From NCBI GenBank assembly GCA_964200075.2, contig CAXNAA020000007.1:1-41601 (forward strand): a stretch of DNA of 41,601 nucleotides, read 5' to 3'. This DNA comes from Sphacelaria rigidula (taxonomy: Eukaryota). The translations under genes and the position numbers were made by a program. Under the pieces are notes generated by a model. It was not told where the DNA came from. It did not search any database and saw only the letters and a list, made by a program, of their open reading frames with translations. Of this stretch, positions 9,801-21,800 are shown piece by piece; position 1 is the first letter of the stretch, and each line of letters starts with the position of its first letter.

Positions 9801-12800
9801 AGTGACGGTGTTAACTTCGGAGGTGTCTCCGGTGTCATGTTGACGTACACTAAACCACTTTCAATTGCCTACATTGAACCCCGGTGGGGTCTACAAAGTA
9901 AAGGAGCAATCATCGTCTTACAAGGAAACGGTTTCACAAACACAACACAGCTCACCTGTTACTTCGGTCGTCATCGACTAGCATTGGCGACCGTCTTCAT
10001 ATCGGAGAGTAATGTCTCCTGCACCGTTCCTGCCGGAACCGCGCGCGGTGTTCACTCGATCGAGATAGCTGCAGATGGGGTAGAGTTCACGGCAAGCAGA
10101 ATGCCGTTTGCTGTGGTTGGAGAACCGACCATACTCTCCGTTAGTCCCATAAGTGGGCCACACTCGGGAGGTACAGCGGTGCGGGTAAAGGGCGTCGATA
10201 TTGGCAACAGTTTTGGACTCGGATGCTTGTTTGGAGCGACAGCCGTAGTTGGGCGCTGGGAGTCGTCGACAAGCATGTGGTGCACCACACCTACGGGGAA
10301 CGAAGGTGATCGCGTGAGCATCGCAATAACACTGGATGGGTTCCCCTACTCTTTTTCATCCCTAAATTTCCACTTCTGGGACAGTCACTCACGCCAGTGT
10401 GCATCAGGTGTATATCCAAGTGAGCACGCCATCGGCGACGCTTTCCGGAAAGTATACCCGGGTGCCTCGATCGGATCAGATGGGAGCTTTGACTCCGGTT
10501 TCGATGCTCAAGCACGAGGACAGGAAATATGGAACAAGTACAATGGCACTTCCCCCGGTTGCATCTCCACAGGATCTCAAGGGCTATCGCACGAAGAAAG
10601 GGCCATGTGTGAAACTCGAGGGAGAGAAACAAATATTACTACTGAAAACACCGCAATGCAGTTCGGTGACCTTCGAGTCGGTGGTGATGACGTTGACTCA
10701 GCTGTCGTCGACATACCGACTGTGATGCTGCGAATATCTCCTAACTATGGATCCCAAGACGGCGGAACAAATGTTCTTGTGATTGGAGCAATGTTTGTCG
10801 ACTCAGATCGTCTGGCATGCAGATTTGGAGAATCCCAAGTCCCTGGGCGCTGGCTTTCTCCAGTAACCCTGTCATGTACCTCGCCTCCTGGGAAAGGAAA
10901 CACCACGGTGGTTGTCGACGTGATATCAAATGGCGTGGCTTCCGTTTCAAGGCCCGTCTTTTTTCGGTATCAGGCAACTCCAACGGCTACAGAGTTGCGT
11001 CCGTCCTTTGGGTGGGTGCAAGGTGGCACCCTTGTTTCCATCCATGGCGACAACTTTGAGTTTTCGGGCAGTCTCACCGCTCGGTTTGGACGCACGAGTG
11101 TTCCGGTGACTTTTGTTAGTCCCACCGAGCTAAGAACTACTTCGCCGAGTTATTTTTCCGGAAGCGTTGATGTTTCCGTCGGCAATCGCGAAGGATTATT
11201 CTTCGGAGGGTTGGACTTCGTGTATAGTGAAGCACCCAGTATAGTCCTGCTATATCCGTCCAGCGGTAGCACCGCCGGGGGATTTGAAGTTAAGGTTCGA
11301 GGGCAAGGCTTTGTCAACAGCGGTACACTGGCCTGTAGATTCGGTTACACCAGCGTTGTGCCAGCCGTCTTTATCTCAGATGAAGAGATGAAGTGTATCG
11401 CTCCTCCTGCGGCGGAGCTTGGGCGAGTAGGAGTCGAAATTACAGCCAACGCCGTTGACTATACGTCATATGGTAACTATTTCACCTACACGTTAGCCCC
11501 AGTCTTACTTTTTGCCACCCCCGATAGTGGCAGTGCAAGCGGTGGCACTGTGGTTTTGTTGGAGGGGGTCAACTTTGTGCATTCCCAGGGGCTGATGTGC
11601 AAGTTTGGGGAGTCAACGGTCGCGGGGCAGTGGATTTCTCCAACTTTGATCCAATGTATTTCCCCTGCCGGCACGGAAAATACTATCAGCACCCTGGTCA
11701 TCACCTACGGCGCGGGGCACGAAACCGTCGGAAAGCTCGACTTTTACTACTACCGCCAGCCCATCCTCGAGCGCATCTCACCGACTCATGGTCATGCCAT
11801 GGGCAGAAGGGGCCTCTCCATCTTTGGGAAGCAATTTTCGTTTTCTGGTGATACTCGTGTCCGGTTTGGATCGACGGGCGTTCCGGCTACTTTCGTTAGT
11901 CCCTCCGAGCTGCGGTGTGTTGCACCACCTTTGTCGCCAGGATCGTTTCACGTGTCAATTTCCTTCAACGGTATTGACTTCACGGAGGAACAAGGTGCGT
12001 ACGTGTATACCGTTCAACCAATGGTTACTGATATGAGTTCTTCGAGGACTGCTCTAGGAGGACCATCTTATACCAACGCCAGCGTGAGCAGCTCAACGAA
12101 TGTACCCAGGCGTTCGTGTGTGTCCGGTGAAGGCCATGGGAATACAGGGTCTCTGTTTGGTGGGGAGTTTGTGTGTGCAGTTCATGAAGCGCCAACAAGC
12201 GGCGTATCATCCGGCGGTGTGACGTCAAATGACCGTACGTATGCTGCCGGAAGGTACACCTTCAACAAAAGAGGGAACCCGTACGTGTCGTCTGCATACC
12301 CAAACGCTGGTCCGTATTCAGGTGGAACTTCAGTGCTTGTTGGTGGATATAATTTTCAGGATGTGAAAGGGCTTCGGTGCCTGTTCGGTTTGCAATCTGT
12401 TTCTACGCACTGGGTGTCCTCCACTCAAGTAAGGTGCGTATCGCCTCCCGTGCGGAACGCTCGGGTGGTGAGACTTGTGCTTGTAGTCGAAGGGAGCGAG
12501 GAGTATCTCGCTGGAACTCCATTTTCTTACTACACAGAACCTGTGGTTTCAAGTTTATCTCCGATCGAAGGATCCAGTGAGGGAGGAACCGTTGTGAGCC
12601 TAGTGGGTGCCAACTTCACGTTCACGACAAAGCTTAAAGCAATGTTCGGGTTGATGGATGTACCCGTTACGTTCCTCAACTCTTCGCTGCTACGCTGTGT
12701 CACGAAGGCGTCACCAGTAACTAATGCCGAGGTTAGTATCGGTATCAATGGAAGGGACTACAAGCCGTTCAATGGGCTCAGCTATTCATTTCGCTCTGGT

Positions 12801-15800
12801 CCTGGAGTGACGTCAGTCAAGCCCTCCCGCGGTAGTGTTGCCGGGGGAACGCTCGTTTCAGTAAGAGGGTCGGGATTCCATGACGTGACACAGCCGATTT
12901 GCAGGTTCGGAACACTGGAACCGCATCTTGTCCAGGCCACACTGGTTTCACCCTACGAAATGCTTTGCAGGGCACCCACGACAACTGAAGTCGGATCTCA
13001 TCCCGTGGAGGTGTCAATTAATGGCTTTGACTTCAGCCGAAGTGGGAACTCATTCACCTACCATCGCGATCCCTTTGTCACCTCCGTAAGGCGCACCTAC
13101 AGCGATGTGATTGGTATGTGGGTTTCCGTTCAGGGTGGTCATTTGGTGGATTCAGACTCCATTATCTGTCACTTTGGTACATCAGCGGAAACTTCTGGAC
13201 GATGGGTTTCTTCGACATCAATCGCCTGTTTGTCTCCATCAGCATCAGCGCTTGCTCAACAATCACAGGAAACAGCCATGCAGCTTTCCGTTAGTTTCAA
13301 CGGGCAGGAGCAAACAGCGTCGATAGACTTTCCCTTTGAAGCCTTAGCTTCGATAGGAAATTCGAATCTTGGAGTTGGCTCTACAAGAGGCGGTACATTG
13401 GTCATCTTCCGCGGCACTGGCTTCACCTTTAACGGCGACATTCGCGCCCGTTTTGGCAAGAATACAGTGCCGGTGACGTTTGTCAGTCCGCAGGAACTCA
13501 CATGTATTTCTCCTGCAGGAGGCCTAGGCGCTACTGAAGTAGCGTTGATGGTCGAAAACACGCTGTACACGAACAGTTTACTAACGTTTGAGTATGTGCC
13601 TGACGTTAGGGTGAACACTACAGTGGTCGAGTACACAGCCGCCACAAGTGTTACCACGGTAGTCTTGAGCGGAAAAGGCTTTAGAAACACGAGTCAACTA
13701 GCCTGTAGATTTGGAACAAGCACCCTTGTTCCCGCTATCTTCGCGTCCACTTCGGAGATTTCATGTGTTATGCCGGCTTTTGTCGACCTTGGTAACAAGT
13801 CGCTCGAAGTTACGGTCGACGGCGGGTTTTTCACGGTGGCTGAGGTTCACCCCGTATTTGAAGGAGTTGCTTCACTCGTCGTCACTCCATCGAGTGCCCC
13901 AGGGATAGGTGGCACGACTGTAGAAATTAGAGGAAGACGCTTCGCAGCCGCTGACGAAGTTGCCTGTGTCTTTGGCAAGACCGTTCGGCCTGCGCTGTGG
14001 CTCTCGGAGCAGGCTATCCAATGCGAAACGCCCATCTCGGAGGAAAAGTCAGCCCACACTACTGTCAGTGTCATCGTCGACGGCCACGCTGTGCCAGGAC
14101 GCTCATCTTTCCAGTACACTGGGCCTTCCATCTCTGCGATATCTCCTGTTACAGGAGGAGATTCTGGTGGAACTGTTGTTGACATTACCGGGAAAGGCTT
14201 TGATGTCGATACACAGTGGTATTGCTACTTTGGGCGGGCACAATCGCGAGGACTGGTAATCGATGCACACGGTACACGGTTGCGGTGTTTGTCCCCGCCG
14301 AAAGTCGGGATGGGTGGATCGGTGAACTTGAGCGTTTCCTCTGGTCCTGGGCCGTTGAGTCTTGCCAGGGGAATACCGTTCACTTATATCCCTGACCTGC
14401 GAGCTCTGTCGCTTAAGCCAGCTACTGGTTCTGTTGATGGTGGTACTATTGTGATTGCGGCAGTTCGGCACGGCTTTGGTACAGATCAGCCCCCGGTCAA
14501 GTGCGCATTCGGCACGGTGGGGGTTTCGACAGCCACGTGGCTAAATGCAACAGCGATCACATGCGCGGTGCCCCCGTGCCAGTTTCGAGGGCAGGTACTG
14601 GTAAATATCTACTCATCGGGCAATACAAAAAAGGCAAGAGGAAACTTGATTCCTTTCTGGTACTTTTATACGCCCACCGTTTCATTTGTGTATCCACTGG
14701 AGGTGGTCGTGGGTAACAACGCACCAACAGAGGTGACAATAACAGGTGGGAACTTCGAGGGAACCGGCGAGCTCGCATGCCTAGTGGGCGAGGTTATGAC
14801 AAAAGCGCAGTGGGTATCCGAGTCTGTGATGAAGTGTCCGCTGGATGCGATCGCTCCAGGAGAATACGACATCGCCGTGTCTAACAATATGATCGATTTT
14901 GTTTTTGCAGGGGTAAGTTTGAGGGTTATCCCAGAAGAATCCCTGGCTATGACCCGCATCGCTCCCGGCGTGGGAACTATTAGGGGCAACACTTCGGTTG
15001 AGGTGTTCGGGCCAGGAGTTGGATTGCTTGCCGCCGGACGATATTGTCTGTTTGAAAATATTGCGGTGAACGCTAGCAGCCTGAGCGACAACCGTGTCGA
15101 GTGCGTGACGATAGCGCATGGCGAAGGCAGAGTGTCTGTAAGAGTTTGCGATTACCAAGGTACTTGCACGCTAGCGCATAGATATTTCTTGTACGTCAAT
15201 ATCCCGTTGTTGGTGAGACTTTTACCTGACGGCGGATCTATCCACGGAGGGACACTGGTGACAGCTGCATCGCCGGGTGTTTGTGATGAACCAGGTAGGA
15301 ACGTTTGGTGTATGGTGGGGAATATTGTCAACCTGGCATCCTCGGTGAACAACAACTCCGTCGTTTGCGCTACACCTCCAGGAGAAGATGGCTTTACAAA
15401 CGTCGCGGTGTCCTGTAATGGGCATGATTTTTCTGCGCCCTTGCCGTTCAGGTACAGCCGCGACATATTTGTCTACGATGTGTCTCCTCCCTATGTTTCT
15501 GTGAGTGGGGAGTCCATCGTTCATATCCATGGCACGGGGTTCCAGAATTTCGCGCAAGAAGGGAAAGCTAGTGTGAATATGCTGTGCTTGTTCGATGAAA
15601 AACACGTGGCAGCTGTTTGGGTTTCAGAAGCACTGGTGCTTTGTCGTGCGCCACGCCGAGGTCCCGGTGTAGCATTGCTTCAGGTGTTCACGTCGATGGG
15701 GCAAAAGGTGGTATCCACTAATCTCACGTACGTTGCTGCAAGCCATCGCGAAGAGTATCTGCTCAGTCCAAGTGCCGGTCCGACGGATGGGGGCACGGAG

Positions 15801-18800
15801 GTGTCTATCGTGGGAAAACACGCCAACGTGTTCATGGACGTACTGTTATGCAAATTTGGCGACCAAACAAGACCTGCTGCGCGTTCTTCATCTGAGGTCA
15901 CATGTATCGCCCCACCAGTCGAGGTTCCAGATCGCGTCAACATCTCATTGGTTTTCCCTCACCAGGTACACGTCGTAGGACAGTTCGAGTACAAAGAGCT
16001 CCTGAAGCTTGACAGCGTACGACCAACTGCAGTGGATGTCGTCGGTGGCGTCAACGCCAACGTGCTCTTCAGCGGAACCTTGGACCCACGTATCGATGCT
16101 ACAGGCCTCATCTGCAGGGTTGATGGGATATCAGTACCTACACAGCTGCTCCAAAATGAATCGAAAATCGAGTGCGCATTACCTGCCCATCCGCAGGGGT
16201 CTGCAGTGATTACAATTTGGGAGGGAGAAAGCCTGGTATCGCTCGGCGAGTTAACCATCAATTATTGCCTTACACCTATGATTAGTGGGATCAGTCCAGT
16301 TCGTGGCTTCACCGGAGGACGCTCGGTGGTCAATATTCGTGGATTTGGTTTCGTCGACTCTCCGGATCTAGCGTGCTATTTTGGAGATATGAAGGCATCT
16401 CGTGTCAAGTGGCTGTCTTCCACGCGAGCACAGTGCACCTCTCCGCTGCGACTGCCGCCAGGTTCCGTGCATTTGACTGTTTCGAACGACGGAATCAACT
16501 TTGGTAGGATATCCAACAGTTCAGCATACACGGTGCACCAAAACTTGGATATGGTTGATCTCCAACCATTCTTCGGTCCCAGGGGCGGCACCATGACGAC
16601 TGTCGGTGGCATGAATTTCCCAATATCGGGGGGGTTATCCTGTGTCTCTGGCGCCATCAGAGCACCAGCAATTGTCGTGAGTGACTCCGTCCTAGAATGT
16701 GTAGATCCGTATGACGGTCTAGGTAGCGAAATGGTACTACAGATAACTGGCAATGCGAGCACGTTCGGGAGCAGCGAGAATCAATTAGAGCTTGACATCC
16801 AGCAGAATCAAGCTGTCATTCACCATACATGGCCGAAGATTGGATCGGTCAAAGGTGCCACAACTGTGTACATTGGCGGTGCAAACTTTATAAATGCGAC
16901 ACAACTCTTCTGTCGTTTCCAAGGGAGGATGGATGTCGTTGACGTCAGCGCAGACTGGCTGTCGCCAAGCGGTATTAGTTGTACATCCCCACCCTGGCGC
17001 CGACCAGAACAAGCTGTGGCTGTTCTCATGGTGGCCACTGGACAGGTTGTTAGTGCCACGCAAAAATATAGCGCAGTGTTCGACTTTGTTATGCCCCCGT
17101 TGATCCATGCAATATACCCCAGAGTTGGACCGGACTCGGGTGGCACCAACATTCATGTCGAAGGGGCAAATTTCCGAGACTCGGACGCCCTGGCTTGCCT
17201 TTTGTGCAGCAAGGAGACGAATGCATGCACCACCATCGCTGCACGTTGGTCTTCAAAAAGGAAGCTCAGCTGTACTAGCCCGAGACACAAGCCTGGGTTG
17301 ACTACTTTGAAGATCACCAACAACGGTCAAGGCGAAGGCAGTGCAGCCAAGAATTTCCTGTATGTACCTGCGCCGAATGTTGCGGCGATATCTCCAACCC
17401 GTGGCTTTTTGGAAGGGGGCACGAAAGTGATGATCAGTGGCACCAATTTGGCCTTCTTTGGTAGTTCGACATGCCGCTTCGGCGACTTCGTGGTGACAGC
17501 AGCTTTTGAAGGATCTCAACTGACTTGCACATCACCTCGCGTCCCCAAAGCACAGGACGTGTTCGTGGAAGTATCCGTTAATGGTGTTGACTTCACCTCA
17601 GACAAGTGCACGTACCACTATTCTAGATTTGACACCAATATGTGGCCTCTTAGCATCAGCCCCGACTACGGCGACATTAGAGGAGGCACAGTGGTCACAG
17701 TGACGGTCGGGTGGTCACCAGACTCCAAGGCTCCCGCTCAAGACAGTTACGTTTGTGTTTTCGGTGACGAAGCCGTACCGGTAATATCATCCTCCTTCCC
17801 GATTTCGTGCCGCTCTCCGCGGTTTGCTGAAAGTGGCATAGTAAGGTTTAGCTTGCAGTCGCCGAAGGTGGGGGGTGTTAATCTGGCGACGACAACATTT
17901 ATTGTCATGGCACCCATCCAGATCATGTCCATTGAACCGGCATCAGGTTGGGATTCTGGAGGCGAAAACGTAGTCATAAGTGGGTATGGGTTAGTCGACA
18001 CGGCTCTAGCATGTTGTCGATTTGGAGCAGCAACTGCGGCTGCGGAGATGCTCTCAAACTCTTCCGTGAGGTGTGCGACGCCGCCATGGTCTAGCGGCAC
18101 CTCAAGGATGGTCATTGTCGAAGTGTCACACAACTGTTTAGACTTTTATGGAAGTGGTATCCGTTTCCAGTATCAAAATAACTACTACAGTCCACCACTT
18201 TTTTCGGAAATACGTCCTCAAAACGGCATCAAACATGCCGAGGATCATTGGCGATGCTGGGAGAATACTAACAAGATCAGCTCTTCGCAAAGTAGTTATC
18301 CTTTGGAGGATGCCTGTTTGAGTCATGTTGATGGTGTAGTGGAGCCTGTAGTCTCTCACCACGGTGTCCCGGAGAATAGCTACCCGTCAGGACCCGTGGT
18401 GCTCTTTCCTTCCTCGGGACCTGCGCATGGCGGATCACTAGTATCCGTGTCCGGTATCGAAAGCCAAAAAAACAGAGCAGTATGCGAATTTTCCAACCGT
18501 ATGGGAAGAACGGCGCACGTTCGTGCACTGCCCCCGTTGAATGCAAATGACGTTTTGTGTTCGACTCCGCCATGGCCTTCACCGGGCCCGGTGATGCTCC
18601 GGATCACCAGCGATGCCAGTGACGCGGACGGGGGTACATTGGGCGCCATCTTCATGTACTATGCACAGCCAATTTTATTCAGCATCAAACCGGCGTTCGG
18701 GTACGAGCCGGGAGGGACAATCCTTCGTATTGCAGCGACTGGTATTGTGGGCTCAGCAGACACCAAGTGCGGCTTCTTCGATGAAAAAAATACTGTTCGG

Positions 18801-21800
18801 GGCATCAGCAACGCCGTCTGGATGACACCGCAAGAGTTGCGCTGTGTTTCTCCTGTTTTACCGCGTGGAGAACTCCATGTCGAGGTCTCTGTCAACGGCG
18901 TTGACTTTTCGAAAGACTCGGGGCTGACGTACGTGGTGTCAAGTTTTGCTACACCTACAGTGTTCAGTATATACCCGTCGAGGGGTACTTCCGCCGGCGG
19001 CACAGAGGTGACGGTGCGGGGCAGAGCATTTGGAACTGAGAGTAAGGCAGGCTGCCGATTCGGGGCCTTAAATACGCTTGCGACGGTTGTGGATGCTAAC
19101 CATATAGTGTGCAAAGCTCCCCCAGCCGCAGTCATGCTGCAAGACGTGAGTCTCATCGACCTTGTCGTCGTGTTGGACGGTGAAAATCTTGTACCAGCCA
19201 TTAATGAAAATCTTCATTTCGAGTACCTGCCGCATCCGACGGTGACGGGAGTATTTCCAAGAGCCGGTCCACGTACAGGAGGAACTCTTGTCGCTGTGAC
19301 CGGCCATCACTTTTTCGAGGCGGGATACGGTATTTACTGCGACTTTGAAGACGCAAGAGTGGAAGCTACGGCAGTTTCGGTGAACAGAGTGATGTGTAAA
19401 TCCCCACCGCACGACGAGGGCGTCGTCGTAGTGTCCGTAAAAAACTGTGACGGCGATGACGAGTTTGAAGGGTCTGAAGCGATGTTTCTCTACACTCCAT
19501 CCACGCGTGACTCGGCCTTCGTAGGCGTACCATCCTCCCACGAGTCTTTCGCGCGTTCCGGAGTAGAGACTGGGGCGGATGTTTCCGCCGCAACACCCAG
19601 TTCTGAACACTCTACGTCGATTCACGAGCGATTGAACGTTGCTCTCCAAGGAGTAATCACAAGAGGCGATGGAAACCCCATGACCTGCGTTGGGTGGGAC
19701 GACAACTGTATCACTCGCAGTATGCCTAGATACATACCGCGAGACAGCCGTGATCGCCACAACGCGACTACTGTGGAGATTCGACCAGATAATGGACCTC
19801 AAACCGGAGGAACGCCAGTTGTCGTCACCGGATTTTTTGTCGAGACCAATTATCGCATCACGTGTCACTTCGGCGACCGTCGAACGCAGGGAATTGTGAT
19901 TGATGTTACCCGTGTAGTATGCCTCTCGGCACCAATGGGCATTCAGGAAACAGTCGACTTCGTCGTGACCCTCGACGATCGGAACACTCGATCGCGACCT
20001 ATATCTTTCCACTACGCGGATGTACCGACTGTATCGCATTTGCGTCCACAAGTTGTTCGTGTTCAAGACAGCGTCACCGACATCATGGTTGAAGGATATG
20101 GCTTCAGGAATACCTCTACGTTGGCCTGCAAATTGGATAATACTCCAATATCACCGTGTGTGTATCAATCCGGCTCGTTTTTGTTGTGCCAAGTTGTGCA
20201 ACATGCATCCGGATCCGTGCGGTTGGAGGTAACAAACAATGGCGTCGACTTCAGCTTCAGCGGAAATTATGTAGTTTTCGTTCACGGGCCAGTTGTTACC
20301 AATGTTCATATTTCCGCGGGCACCTCATACGGCGACGTGTCGGTCCTTGTATCGGGACTAGACTTCATGGATGTTCCTGAGCTAGCTTGCTTCGTCAAGG
20401 GGCAGGCAACTTCTGCTGTATGGGTGTCATCCGAGAAATTACGCTGCGAAATATCAGCCTCGTTTCTATCGGGGGCCACGGACGTAGCTGTGATCCTTAG
20501 CCATTCTGAGCGACTCACCTCACAACCGGTTAGTGTTCGAGCTTTGCCATATACTGGTGTGGCGGGTATATCTGCAACCCCACCTTCTGAGAGAAGAAAT
20601 GGAGGCACCGCGATCACTATTTCGGGCGTCAACTCGGGGAGAGAACGGGAATTACCATGCAGATTTCGCCCAACCGATGATGTTCCTGCTCGGGTGCTGA
20701 ACGAATCTACCGTTCACTGTGTTGCTCCTGATTGGTTGCAATGGTCCGCACCACTGCAACATGGTATCATTCCCACCGACTTCCGCCCAGATGTAGCCGC
20801 TCTGCCATTACTCGTCCGTCCTACCGTGGACAGCCTTTATCCTTCATCAGGTTCCTTGGATGGTGGCACCCCTGTCAGGATTCGAGGATCTGGCTTTATC
20901 GATAGCACTGCATTTGAGTGTCGCTTTGGCGATCAAATAGCCTTGTCGGTGCTGTTTATTTCTTCAGAAGAAGTGGTTTGTGAGGCCCCACCTGTTCACA
21001 CCCCTTCCAGTATTCCAGTTACAACGGTTGCCCACGGAGTCAGGTCACAATCCCTTATCATATATAGATATCTTCTCCAAGCAATCGTGCTAGATGCGTC
21101 TCCTCGCGAGCTGGTATTCAACGAGTCACACTGGCTGACAATTTTAGGGACAAACTTCGTGCACGACGCAGCTCTGACATGCCTCTTCAACGACACTCTT
21201 CCCACGGCGGCACAATGGTTGTCGGTGGGACTACTCCGTTGTCCGATACCACCCCATCTGGCACCATCAAACGACCCGGTGTTGGTAGGTGTTTCCATTA
21301 ACGGCGTGGACTCACCCCTGTCCGCATCGGTGATCTATATGCGCCCACCTGCGACAATATTTAGACTTTCTCCTGCTCGGGAAATGGAGTTAAGTGGCAC
21401 ACAGTGGTACCGGTTGATCACTGTCTGGTTGAAGTCGCATAGCCATCGTTTTCACGATCGAGCAGTGCAAGGCCATCTACTTTGCCTTATCGGCAGTGAG
21501 TCGGCAAAAGCAGTCGTGACGTTGCTATTGGATGAGGAATGTGCGGTGCAGGGCGAGAGACCCACAACCTGTTTCATGATGAAGTGCCCCGCTCAATTTG
21601 AGCGCACGACCGCCAACGTTACCGTTCAGGTCATAGACGGCGACGGAGATGTGCTCAGCGATTTAGCGGTAGTTTCTTCCCGAGATGAATTTGAGATGCA
21701 GTCGCTGAGCCCATCATCGGGTCCGCAGATGGGTGGGACCACTGTTATCATTCAGCTCGGGGTGAAGTTGTCCCCAACTGTCCATGCAGCCGGGTGCCGA

